A program made the position numbers and the translations under genes. From IMG/VR virus record IMGVR_UViG_2700988923_000001, positions 5,865 through 69,864 of that record: a stretch of 64,000 bases of DNA. One strand, given 5' to 3'. Below the pieces are notes generated by a model, which was not told the origin of the DNA, did not search any database, and saw only the letters and a program-made list of their open reading frames with translations. This DNA is from a virus (Duplodnaviria; Caudoviricetes). This document shows, one piece after another, positions 9,738-20,500 of this stretch; position 1 is the first letter of the stretch, and each line of letters opens with the position of its first letter.

Positions 9738-10333
9738 CTTCCGTGCTTAGCCTCCTGTACTCGATGCCGTTCGCCATCGGTCTGTTGGCGGGCATCGCGG
9801 GCATGAAGGTGTTCCAGCACGCTCAGTGCAGGATCGCCGATGCGCATCACCCGCTGCCCGGCGGGCGGCATCGGCATCCCGCCCCGATCAGCCGCGTGTG
9901 GCTGGGCGGATTTTTGACCGTCGCGGTGCTCGGCTACGTGTTGCTGCAGGTCACGCAGACCGAGGAGCACTACAAGTCGCTCAGCCAGGACGTCCGGCGC
10001 TGCCAGGTCGAGTTCCAGCAGGCCATCACCGCCCGGTCCAAGATCACCAGCGAGAACGACGCCATTTTCCGGCACCGGGGCGACCTGATGCAGGAGTACG
10101 GGCGGGCGACGTCGCTGTGGTTGAGCCAGCTGGTCAATCTCCCGCCGGACATCGCCGAGCTGCCGCAGAACGACCCTCGGGTCATCGCGTGGGGCCAGGC
10201 CGTGACGCAGGTCTACTCCGAGCACGCCGCCCGCATCAACGAAAAGCTCGACGCCGACAGCAAGCGGCTCGACCAGCTCGAACAGGACCGTCGTGAGCAC
10301 CCCTTGCCGCAGGCGACATGTGGAGTGAGCTGA
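9734..10333 (+). CDS. Membrane protein, 2 TM plus coiled coil
   Basis: GTGA overlap with upstream gene; hydrophobic N-terminal segments. Confidence 0.65.
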   Translation: MTSVLSLLYSMPFAIGLLAGIAGMKVFQHAQCRIADAHHPLPGGRHRHPAPISRVWLGGFLTVAVLGYVLLQVTQTEEHYKSLSQDVRRCQVEFQQAITARSKITSENDAIFRHRGDLMQEYGRATSLWLSQLVNLPPDIAELPQNDPRVIAWGQAVTQVYSEHAARINEKLDADSKRLDQLEQDRREHPLPQATCGVS

Positions 10334-10587
10334 TCACCGTCGTGGTGATCACGATGACTCCGCCCGTCGCCTCGGTCGACGCTCCGACGATGATGCTCGC
10401 CGGGCCGACGGCTCCGCACGTCGAGGCACCGTACGTCTCGTGCCGGGACGGGTACGTGGCCCCGACGCTCGACCAGTGCCCGACGATTCAGAAGCGCACG
10501 ACCGGCCCGCCCATACCGCCGATCGGCGGTGGACCTCACCGCCGGGGCGGGCTGCTCGGTCTCGGCGGGGTCGCGGGCATCCTGTGA
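10318..10587 (+). CDS. Small Pro-rich hypothetical protein
   Basis: 89 aa ORF filling the gap before the major tail gene. Confidence 0.5.
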   Translation: MWSELITVVVITMTPPVASVDAPTMMLAGPTAPHVEAPYVSCRDGYVAPTLDQCPTIQKRTTGPPIPPIGGGPHRRGGLLGLGGVAGIL

Positions 10588-10672
10588 CTGCACGCCGATC
10601 GAATACGGTGGTACCAGCCTCGGAGACCGACCCCGGCGCGTGCGCGCCACCGAACTAGAGGAGCAGGTCAGC

Positions 10673-11476
10673 ATGACCACCTTCCCGCTCGTCAAGGGCA
10701 CGCGCCTCCGCGCCACCAAGGTCGACAGCTGTGGCAAGCCGATCGCTGGACCTCGCAACCGGCTCGTGACCTCCGGCTTCGTGACCTTGGGTCTGACCGC
10801 TGTGATGCGCGAGGCTCAGGACTTGACGCAGGACAACGCCGAGGGCAAGGAATGCGTCTCTGATCGCACCGCGCCCGAGCGTCGCTGGTACACCCCGGCG
10901 CTGGAACTCTGCAACGTCAACCCCGGCCTGATCACGATGTTCACCGGCTGGGAAAACCTGCTGGACGCGGACGATGAGGTCATCGGTTTCCGCGACCAGA
11001 AGGAGATCGAGAGTGACTACGGCATTGCCCTTGAGGTCTGGACCTCGGGCAAGTCGGAGGACGACTGCGGCGAGATTCCGACGACCGACGCGGCGCTGCT
11101 CGACACCAGCTCGGGCCGCAAGTACGGGTACTTCCTGTTCGCGGGCACCGAGTGGACGCTGGGCGACATCACGATCGGCGCGACCGTCGCGACCCTGACC
11201 CTGACGGGCCGGACCATCGCGATGCCCAACTGGGGCAAGGGTCCGTACAACGTGCAGGACGACGGCACCGGTACCGCCTCGCGTCTGCTCGTGCCGACGT
11301 CCAAGAAGGAACACCTCACCGTGTTCCGCACCCCGATCGCTCCGCCGGAGCCGACCGAGGGCAGCCAGCCGGTCCCGCTGGCGACGTCGACCGTGTTCGT
11401 CGCGCCGGATTACTACTACGGCGGTCCGGCGGCAGAGCCGCCCGCCGACGTCGCGCCTGCGCAGCCTGCGGCGTAA
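10673..11476 (+). CDS. Major tail protein
   Basis: GAGGAG RBS; RATKVDSCG, LELCNVNP, ALEVW, WGKGPYNV motifs. Confidence 0.85.
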   Translation: MTTFPLVKGTRLRATKVDSCGKPIAGPRNRLVTSGFVTLGLTAVMREAQDLTQDNAEGKECVSDRTAPERRWYTPALELCNVNPGLITMFTGWENLLDADDEVIGFRDQKEIESDYGIALEVWTSGKSEDDCGEIPTTDAALLDTSSGRKYGYFLFAGTEWTLGDITIGATVATLTLTGRTIAMPNWGKGPYNVQDDGTGTASRLLVPTSKKEHLTVFRTPIAPPEPTEGSQPVPLATSTVFVAPDYYYGGPAAEPPADVAPAQPAA

Positions 11477-11500
11477 GCTCGGCTGATCAGCGAAGCGGCA

Positions 11501-11529
11501 AACCGCCCCGGTCATCGACCGGGGCGGTT
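11501..11529. terminator. Perfect 13-bp hairpin between convergent genes
   Basis: AACCGCCCCGGTC-ATC-GACCGGGGCGGTT. Confidence 0.75.
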
Positions 11530-11543
11530 CGTCGTCTCAGGGG

Positions 11544-11819
11544 TTACGCGGAGGCCTGCACCGCGTTGGTGACCAGATCGTAGGTCAGCCCGCCGTTGCC
11601 GTAGAGGCGGCGAATCTGGGAGGGCATGACCTTGCCGCAGTCGAGGATGCGAGCGGCGGCACCGAGCGCGTGGGCGACGTTGGCCGGGCGAGGCTCGATT
11701 GCGTTGACCTCGAACAGCACGCGGGCGATGCGAATTTCGTAGCGGTCGGCAGCGCCGTGAGCAGCGGCGGTGCGGAACTCGCGGTCGATCTCCATCTGGG
11801 TGAACGGGCTGACGGTCAT
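11544..11819 (-). CDS. Hypothetical protein inserted antisense in the structural operon
   Basis: 91 aa, GAGAGGA RBS, own repeated promoter cassette. Confidence 0.7.
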   Translation of the reverse strand: MTVSPFTQMEIDREFRTAAAHGAADRYEIRIARVLFEVNAIEPRPANVAHALGAAARILDCGKVMPSQIRRLYGNGGLTYDLVTNAVQASA

Positions 11820-11832
11820 TTTGTCCTCTCCC

Positions 11833-11891
11833 GGCGGGTCGGTCCCGCCTCCAACAAAGATGATATTACCCGACTTAGGAGGGAAAGTCTA
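11833..11891 (-). promoter_or_regulatory. Repeated promoter/stem-loop cassette, copy 1
   Basis: TAGACT-N17-TAATAT then GGCGGGACCGACCCGCC hairpin and RBS. Confidence 0.8.
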
Positions 11892-11934
11892 TAGCCTCCG
11901 ACCTGGGCGCACTGGACCGGGTTACGATGAGCGC

Positions 11935-12690
11935 GTGACCTTTGAGTGGCCCGTCGAGCGCAACTTGCTCCCTGCGCTGCCAGAACCGGGCGACCCGCCG
12001 AGCGCCGAGTACGTGAAGGCGCTCGCGGAGCGCGACGCGGCGGAGGCCTTGGCGATTCAGGTGCTCTGGGCATTGAGCGGGCGACAGTTCGGGCTGCGGA
12101 CGGTGACGGTGCGCCCGTGCCGGTCCCCGATGCCGCATGAGCTGTTCGGCTACGGCGGCGTCATCGTCACCAGCTACGTCCTCAGCTGGGAGGGCGACTA
12201 CTGGCGCACGTTCCCGTGTGGCTGCTCCGGCCCGTGCCGCGAGACCGGCCCGAACATGGCCCATCTGCCCGGCCCGGTCGCCGAGGTCGACCTGGTGGAG
12301 ATCAACGGGGTCGTGCTCGACGCGGCGCAGTGGAAGCTGGAAGGCAACGTGCTGTACCGGCTGACCGCGCCGTGGCCGACGCAGGACTTGAACCGCCCGC
12401 TCGGCGACACCGGCACCTGGGGCGTCACCTACAAGCTCGGGCTGGCCGTCCCCGGCGGCGTCGCGGAGCTGACCGCGCTGCTCGCCAAAGAGTTCCTGAC
12501 CGCCATCGCGGGCGGCGGCAACTGCCGACTGCCGCGCACCGTCACGACCGCCTCGCGACAGGGCGTGACCTATCGGGTGTATGACCCGGCGGTGATCTAT
12601 GCCAACGGCAAGACCGGCCTCGCCGAGATCGACATGTGGCTGGCCGCGATTAACCCGAACCACCTCCTCGCCGCCCCGACGGTGCGCTGA
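11935..12690 (+). CDS. Head-to-tail adaptor
   Basis: LWALSGRQFG..VRPC, CRLP..VT..RQGV and TGLAEID.W motifs. Confidence 0.75.
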   Translation: MTFEWPVERNLLPALPEPGDPPSAEYVKALAERDAAEALAIQVLWALSGRQFGLRTVTVRPCRSPMPHELFGYGGVIVTSYVLSWEGDYWRTFPCGCSGPCRETGPNMAHLPGPVAEVDLVEINGVVLDAAQWKLEGNVLYRLTAPWPTQDLNRPLGDTGTWGVTYKLGLAVPGGVAELTALLAKEFLTAIAGGGNCRLPRTVTTASRQGVTYRVYDPAVIYANGKTGLAEIDMWLAAINPNHLLAAPTVR

Positions 12691-13181
12691 TGGCCGACCC
12701 CGCAGCGCACGTCGTCGCGACCGTCATGCAGTCGATGAGCGAGGCCTTCACGGTCCCGCCCGCCGACCCGACCCCCGTGCGGTTCTTTGCCGGTGACGGG
12801 CCTGCCCTCGCCGCGTGGGACTCGCACGCGAGCCAGAGCTGCGACATCCCGTTCCTATGGGTGTTGGCGCAGCGTCGGTACCGGTCTCAGACGTTCCCGG
12901 CTCCGACCATCGACACGACGCCGTGCGGGCTGAGCCGGGTGATTCAGCTGCAGGTCGGCGTGGGCCGGTGCGTGGACGTCTCCGAGCTGCCGAGCTGGGA
13001 CACCTACCTCGCCGAGGCCACCCGATCGCTCGGCGACTCGTATCGCATCGAGCTGGCGCTGTGCAAGGCGGCGAAGCTGCTGACCGCCGACGGTATCGAG
13101 GTCGGTACCGACACCCTGCTCCCGTATGGTCCAGAGGGCGGCGTGGTCGCGTGGACCGGCGTCATTTACGCGAGTCTGTGA
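12690..13181 (+). CDS. Tail terminator/neck-like protein
   Basis: Coupled to adaptor; VGVGRC and GPEGGVVAW motifs. Confidence 0.55.
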   Translation: MADPAAHVVATVMQSMSEAFTVPPADPTPVRFFAGDGPALAAWDSHASQSCDIPFLWVLAQRRYRSQTFPAPTIDTTPCGLSRVIQLQVGVGRCVDVSELPSWDTYLAEATRSLGDSYRIELALCKAAKLLTADGIEVGTDTLLPYGPEGGVVAWTGVIYASL

Positions 13182-13192
13182 GGAGACGAGAC

Positions 13193-13525
13193 ATGGCCCA
13201 GATCACGATCGAGGGAAGCATCAGCCCGGCAGCCGGTCTCGCCCGAGGCGAGCGCCGGACCGTGCAGGACACCCCCGACGTTCGCGCGTATGTCGCCAAG
13301 GGGTTCGCGGTGATCGTGGATGAACGCACCGACTCCGAGCGCGAGGCCGACGAACAGGCGGAGATCGCCCGCGATGCGCTCGGCGTCCCGGCTCGAAACG
13401 CCAGCCGCGACGATTGGGCGGAGTTCCTGGCCTCGCACCCTGGCGGATTCGTCACCGAGGGCAAGAACCGTGACCAGCTCATCGCCGAATGGGATGCCTG
13501 GGAACCGACCGTCGCGGCTGAGTAA
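13193..13525 (+). CDS. Hypothetical virion-region protein
   Basis: GAGGAG RBS; PARNASRDDWAEF...RDQLIA helical domain. Confidence 0.65.
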   Translation: MAQITIEGSISPAAGLARGERRTVQDTPDVRAYVAKGFAVIVDERTDSEREADEQAEIARDALGVPARNASRDDWAEFLASHPGGFVTEGKNRDQLIAEWDAWEPTVAAE

Positions 13526-13941
13526 TGGCACGGGTCACCGCCCGAATCGAGATCAACGAGGCCGGGCTGGAACAGCAGTCCGGCGTGATCCTCCGGCGCA
13601 AGCACCGCTCACTCACTCGCCAGATCGCGACCGAGGGACGGGCGCGAGTACCGGTGCTCACCGGCAACCTCGGTCGCTCGATCGGTGAGCTGCCGCAGCG
13701 GTACCGCCCGTTCCACGTTGACGGCGGCGTCGAGGCGACCGCCGACTACGCAGCGGCGGTGCATGAAGGGTCGAGGCCTCACCGCATCGTGGCCCGGCGC
13801 GCCGAGGCGCTGCACTTCTGGTGGCACGGTCGCGAGATTTTCCGCAAGTCGGTCTGGCATCCTGGCACCCGGTCGCGCCCGTTCCTGCGCAACGCGGGCG
13901 AAGCGGTCATCGCCCGCGACCCGCACATCAGCCGGGTGTAG
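13525..13941 (+). CDS. HK97 gp10-like tail completion protein
   Basis: PVLTGNLGRSI...YAAAVHEG...RPFLRNA. Confidence 0.7.
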   Translation: MARVTARIEINEAGLEQQSGVILRRKHRSLTRQIATEGRARVPVLTGNLGRSIGELPQRYRPFHVDGGVEATADYAAAVHEGSRPHRIVARRAEALHFWWHGREIFRKSVWHPGTRSRPFLRNAGEAVIARDPHISRV

Positions 13942-13994
13942 CCCGACGTCGGTGGTATCGTCGCCGCCGTAGGCCTCGGACCCTTGGGAGACTC

Positions 13995-14561
13995 ATGACC
14001 ACGTTCAACGCTGACGGCACTCGGGAGAAGGCGCATTCGCTGCCCGAGGCGGAGCCGGACCCGTCCATTCAGCTCGACCCGCCCGCCGACGTTGACGACG
14101 TGGTGGACGTCGAGACCGACGACACGGCCAGCGTCATCGCCGATCTCGCGACCGACGCGGCGGATGACCCGAGGGACACGGTGAAGGCGGAGGTGGTCGA
14201 GCCGGAAGCGGTCGGCACCGCCATTGCGCTGTCGCCCCGGCTCGACGTCTCGACCATCGAGAAGTGGGACCACGACTGGCTTGAGTTCAAGGGCGACAAG
14301 CTCGGCATCCGCGTCCCCACCCGGCAGGCGCTCGCCGCGTTCTCGCTCGCCTCGGGCAAATACGTCGACATCGGCGTCAAGAACGACCTCACCGGCCTGT
14401 TCATCGCGCGGCACCTGTCGCCGGAGTCGTACGGTCGGGTGTTCTCCCGGCTGATGGACCCTGACGAGGAGGACTACACCGTGGACACCGTTGGCGAGTT
14501 GTTCAACGCGATCGTCACGGCCTCGCTGCAGCCCGAGGACAAGGGCGACAAGCAGGGGTAA
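13995..14561 (+). CDS. Tail assembly chaperone
   Basis: Immediately upstream of tape measure; acidic, 188 aa. Confidence 0.7.
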   Translation: MTTFNADGTREKAHSLPEAEPDPSIQLDPPADVDDVVDVETDDTASVIADLATDAADDPRDTVKAEVVEPEAVGTAIALSPRLDVSTIEKWDHDWLEFKGDKLGIRVPTRQALAAFSLASGKYVDIGVKNDLTGLFIARHLSPESYGRVFSRLMDPDEEDYTVDTVGELFNAIVTASLQPEDKGDKQG

Positions 14562-14589
14562 TCGCTACCCCGTGCGATAGCCTGACCGG

Positions 14590-17500
14590 GTGACCTCCGC
14601 CGGGAACATCAAGCTCGGCGTCGAAATCGACGCCAGCGACCTGAGCGCCCGACTGGGTGAGGCGGTTCGGCGTGCAATCGCCCCGGCGCTGGCAGAGATT
14701 CAGCGCGAACTCAACAAGGTCCAGCGCGAGTACGACGCCACCAGCCGCGCAGCCGACAAGTCGAGCGCGGCGCAGACCGCCGGAGCCAAGACGGTCGCCG
14801 AGGCGGTCGAGAAGGTCGGCGAGCAGCAGACCAAGACAGCCGCCAAGACGAAGGCGGCGGGCGAGGTCACCACCCGGCAGATCAACGCCATTACCCGCGC
14901 GCTCGTCAAGCAGACGGCGGCGTGGGAGGCGAACACCGCAGCCCGCCTCGGCAACGCGGCGGCTCCGGTCGGCGGTGGCCCGCCCCGAGGCGGAGGCGGG
15001 GGTGGACCTCCGCGCGGCGGCAGTCGCGGGTTCGGCGACCTGTTCACCGGCCAGGGCGGCGGTTCCCGCTTCATCACCTCACCGGCAGGCCTCAACCTCG
15101 CCGCGCTCGGCATCGGGTCTCTCCCTGCCGCGACGACGGCTGTGATGCAGGTCGTGGGCGCGGTCCAGCAGCTCGGCCAGGCAGGTCTCGCACTGCCCGG
15201 CATCTATGGCGCAGCGGCGGCGTCGGTCGGTACCGCCGTCATCGGGTTCAAGGGCATCGGCGACGCGGTGAAGGCTCTCAACGAGGCCGCGAAGTCGGGT
15301 GACCCCAAGGACTTGGAGAAAGCCGCCGAGGCGATGAAGGACTTGGACCCGGCGGCGGTCGCGGTCGCCAAGACGGTCTCGGGTCTCGTACGCGGTCCGC
15401 TGCTCGATCTGCAGAAGGCGACCGCCGGGCGGATGCTCAAGGGGTTCGACTCCGAGCTGCAGGGTCTCGCCGACCGCGCGCTGCCTCGGGTCGGCGACGG
15501 CATCGGCAAGATCGCCGACAGCTGGAACGGCACGCTCAAGTCGCTGACCGGCTCGCTCGGCTCCGACCGCAACCTGGGCCTGATGGATCGGATTCTCGGC
15601 AACACGGCCAACGGCCAGAGCCGGATGAACAAGGCTATCGACCCGCTGGTCCACGCGATCGCGACGCTCACCGCCGGGGGTACGGACGTCCTGCCCCGGC
15701 TCGCCGACGGTCTCGCCGCCGGAGCTGAGCGGTTCGACAAGTGGGTCACGAAGATCGACTCCGACGGTCGGCTCAACAAGTGGATCAACGACGGCATCAC
15801 CGGCCTCCATCAGCTCGCGGAGTCCGGCCTGAACCTCGTCAAGATCGTCACCGACATCACGAAGGCCTCCGGCGCTGACCAGGGTGGATTCCTCAAGTGG
15901 CTCAACGACGCCACCGACAGGCTCCATGCGCTCACCAGCTCGGTCTCCGGCCAGAACGCGATGCGTGAGTTCTTCCGCGAGGGCAAGGAACAGGGCCAGC
16001 AGTGGCTCCCGATCTTGAAGAACCTCGGCGAGGTGCTGATCGAGGTCTACCAGGCGAGCAAGACGTGGAGCGGCATCCTGCTCCCGTTCCTGCAGGTCAC
16101 GACCGATCTGCTCACCTCGATGCCCGGCTTGCTGCACGCGGTGCTGGTCGGGTTCCTGGCTTGGAAGACCATCGGGGTGTTCAAGCCGATTCTCTCCGGC
16201 CTCGACGGCATCGCGGGCGGCATCGACAAGGTGGCCGCGAAGGCGGGCAAGGGCGGCAAGCTCGGCGGCGTCCGCAACGCCATCGGCGCACTCGGGTCCA
16301 GTCGCGGCCTCGCCGGTCTCGGTCTCCTCGGCGGCGGCACGATCACGCAGCTCACCTCCGATAAGAACGACGTCGCGAGCCAGCTCATGGGCGCGGCGTC
16401 GACCATCGGCGGCGGTGCGCTGACGGGTGCCGCGATCGGCTCCGTCATCCCCGGCATCGGCACGGCTATCGGTGCCGGAGCGGGCGCGGCGGTCGGCACG
16501 GCTATCGCGGGTATCAACTACCTCCTCGCCGACAACAAGCGGGCACAGGAGGAGGCCGCAGCGGCGACCGAGAAACTGGCGGCGGCGAACGAACGCAGCC
16601 ATCAGGCGATGGAGCTGAACGCTGCCGCCATCAAGGGCGTCAACGACGCGCTCGCGGAGTCCGGCGGCAAGATCGACGCGGCCACGCTCGCCGGAATCGG
16701 CGACCAGATCAACAACATTCCCGACCGGCTCGCCGGAGCGTACGACGAGAACACGCTCAAGGGCATCGCCTCCGCGCTCGGCGACGTCGGCATGACGACC
16801 GAGCAGATGGCCCAGACCATCACCGGCAGCCAGGGCCAGTTCGACGCGCTCACCGCCCGGCTCAACCAGATGGGTCCGGCGGGCCAGATCGCGGCGGCGC
16901 AGCTCGCCTCGATCCGTGACGCGACCCTCGGCGCGGCGAGCAACGCGGCCACGGCGGCTCCGCTGCTCCAACAGCTGTCCGACATGTTCGGCGGCATCGC
17001 TCAAGCCGGGGTCGGCGTGCAGAACGCTTTCGCCGCCGTCCCGCACGACATCCCGATCAACGTGTCGATGCCCGGCGGTCAGGCCGTGTTCGACATCCTC
17101 AAGCAGATCGGTGCCCAGATCGACCTCAACCGCGACGGCACGATCCACCTCGCGGCTCCGCTCAGCCAGCAGGTGCTCGACCAGCTCAAGGCGCTCGGCG
17201 TGCAGATTCAGCAGAACCGCGACGGCACCATCAACGTCCAGATCAGCGAGCAGCAGTACCTCGACACGCTCAACAAGCTCGGCACGCTGGGCGATGCGTA
17301 CAAGCAGTTGTTCGCGGGCACCCCGGCGCTGCCCAACGTGCCGGTCGCTCCGCCCGGCTCCAAGCAGAACCCGATCGTCATGCCGCCGGGCAGCAACCCG
17401 TTCGCCATCCCCGGCGGAGCCGACGGCATGGTGATCCCCGGCTACGCGCCGGGCCGCGACATCGTGAACGCGGTGCTCGCACCCGGCGAGGGCGTGCTGA

Positions 17501-20500
17501 TCCCCGAGGCCGTGCGCGGCCTCGGCGGTCCCGCTGGCGTCTACGCGCTCAACAGCCGGTTCCGCAGCGGGCTGAGCAAGCGCTTCTACGCCGACGGCGG
17601 CGTCCATACCGGCAGCGGTGCGCTGCCCGGCCCGCCTCCTGGGCCGGAGACCGAGCTGTCGGTGCTGATTCAGATCAGGGACTTGCTCGGCGGCAAGGGC
17701 GGCGTAGCGGCGAATCCGATCGCGGCGACCGCCTCCAACACGGCCACGGCTGCCAAGGCGGCGACCAACGCGACCGGCGGAGGCCTCGGCCCGTTCGGCA
17801 CTCCGCTCAAGAAACGGGGCGACCCGGCGTACGAGATGGCAGCGGCGGCAATCTCCGCGCTCGGCGGCGACCCCGAGAAGTGGATTGGCACCGACCCGAC
17901 GCTGCAGGCGGCGACGGCGGGCGTGCTCCCCGGCGGCGTTCCGATGTCGATGGACTACTCCAAGGCGATGGCCGCGCTGCAGGCCTTTGCCCGCTCCGGC
18001 AACCTCGCCGACGTGCAGGGTCTCGGCCTCAACGCCAACGATCCCGTCATCACCGCGCTCACCTCCGCGCGGAACAAGAAAAAGGGCGGGCTGTCCGACG
18101 ACGAGATCGCCAACCTGGTCGGGGCGACGCTCGGGCCGACCCCGTACGCGGGCACCCTCACCGAGCAGAACAGCTCGCTCATCAAGTCGCTGCAGCGGTA
18201 CCGCGAGACCCTGATGAAGCAGGCCGGTATCGACCCCAACACCGGCCTCGCACGCGGCAGCGCCTCGACGGCGGGCACGACCGGCATCCCGCTCACGGCT
18301 CTGCCCGCCGGGGCAATGGACCCGATCAGCGCGTATGCGCAGCGGTTCTCCGGCGGCAAGTACGAATGGGGTGCGTCCGACCTCGCCAGCGGTCTGTCCG
18401 ACTGCTCCGGCGCGGTCTCCGATCTGGTCGAGATCATCACGAAGGGCCAGGCGACGTCGGCCCGGCTGTTCAGCACCGCTGACGCGGGGTCGGTGCTGTC
18501 GAGCCTCGGCGCGGTGTCGGGCGCGGTGCCCGGCGCGCTGCAGATCGGCTGGGACGCCGGGCACATGCGGGCGACCCTGCCGAACGGGGTCAATTTCGAG
18601 TCCGGCGGCGGGACCGGCCAGGGCGCGACCTACGGCGGCAACGCCAAGGGCGCGGCGGGAATGCCGAACATCATGAGCCTGCCGATCAACGGCGTGCCGC
18701 TCGGTGCGGGATACACGGCCTCTATGGGGTCGGGCGGGCTGCCAGGTGCCGCCACGGGCGGCGCAACGCCGGTCTACGTCACCAACTGGCCGGGGCAGGG
18801 TCAAGGCGGCTTGGCGGGCCTCCTGGGCGGCAAAATGGCCGAAGCCGGTCTCGGAGCGGCGGGCGGCGTCGCGGCCAACGTCTCCGGCGACGTGCTCAGC
18901 GCGATCGGCGGGCTGGGCCAGGAGCCGTGGAACAAAGAGGGCGCGAGCTACGCCGCGCTCAACACTCTCGTCAAAGAGGGCAACCCGCTCGCCCTCGCGA
19001 AGGCTCTCGGTCTCAACGTCGAGGACTTCACCCGCGAGGGCGGCAACGCGGGCGAACTAACCACCAACGGCGGGCCGGGGTACGACGCGAGCGGACGGCT
19101 GTTCTCCGACACCGCCGGTCTCATCGACCGCACGTTCACCTCGCTCAACGCTCAGCTGCAGGCGATGCGCGACCAGATGGTCGACGTCATCGAGCAGACC
19201 AACGAGAAGCTGCAAGAATCCGCGCTCGAACCGATCGTCAAGAGCGGCGTGCAGTCCGCGCTCGAATCGCTCAAGGACTCCGTGTCCAACGCGATCGGCA
19301 CCGCGATGGGCAACGCGGCGGCTCCGCCGATCGCCGACGCGGTGAGCAGCGCGGTCGCCTCGCTGCCCGTCGACAGCTCCGGCGCGGGCAGCGTGGGCGG
19401 TGACGCGGCCTCGCCGATCACGAACGCGGCGGGCGCGCTGTTCGCGTCCGGCGGTCCCGTCTACGGCGGCATCCCCGGCAAGGACTCCGTACCGGCGTTG
19501 CTCATGCCGAACGAGCATGTGTTCACCTCCGCCGAGGTCGCCCGCATGGGAGGCCACGCGGCGGTCGAGCGGTTCCGGTCGGCGCTGATGACCGGCGGCG
19601 TGCGCCATTTCGCGACGGGCGGCGGCGTCATCGGCAATGACACCGTGGGCGCGGAGTTCTTCGGGGTCTCCGAGGTGCCGATCATCTCGACCATCGTCAA
19701 CCTCCTCGTGCGCGTGCTGCTCAAGGTGATCGGCGTCGAGATCGAGGTGCGCGACACGCTCAACGAGATGACCGACGACTTCCGTGGGTTCCGTGGCGAT
19801 GCGTTCAAGGCGTTCGACGCTCAGGGCCGGTTGCTCAACGACACCTCGGGTCTGATCGAGCGGTCGTCCACCTCCGAGGAGACCGCTGCCGCCGAGCGCA
19901 TCCGCATCCTCAAGATCGTCATCCAGGCCATCATCAAGTACCTGATCGAGAAGGTCATCGTGCCGATCGCCAAGGCGGTCGCCAACTCCGCGATCCAGGC
20001 CGGAGCGTCGGCAGCCGGGGCAGCCGTCAACACGCAGGCACCCGGCGCGGGCGGCATCGTCTCCTCGCTGATCTCCTCGGCGGGTCAGGCCGGTGTCGAC
20101 ATCGCTGCCGAGGTCGGGACCGACTTCGCGCTGGCAATCTCTGAGACCCTGATCGACGTCGTGGCGCAAGGCCTGCAGTCGACGTTCCCCGACCTCATGA
20201 CGGGCATCTTCTCGGGCGGGGCACTGGCCTCGATCTTTGACCCGATCAGCGGCATTTTGGGATCCATCCTCGGCATTTTCACCGGCCTGCTGGGCGGCGG
20301 TGCGCTCGGCGGGGCGGCGACGATGATCCCCGGCGACAGCCTGTTCCCGTTCGATCAGGGCGGCATGGCGAAGGGCGTCGGCTACCTGCCCAAGGCGACG
20401 ATGGACGACGAACTGGTGCTGTCGCCGGTCGAGACCGACCTGTTCAGCCGGTTTGTCTCCGCGCTCGAACGCGGCGGGTTCGGCTCCGGCGGCAACAAGA

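Noticed and set aside
14500-14590. Frameshift at the end of the pre-TMP chaperone
   Set aside because: No slippery heptamer with a downstream T ORF; the TMP starts 28 nt after the stop.
15079-18804. Very long opposite-strand ORFs (e.g. 15079-18804, 22568-25006, 2940-4808, 424-2379, 46732-48543)
   Set aside because: Shadow ORFs caused by high-GC codon bias; they lie antisense to clearly recognisable genes and have no motifs.
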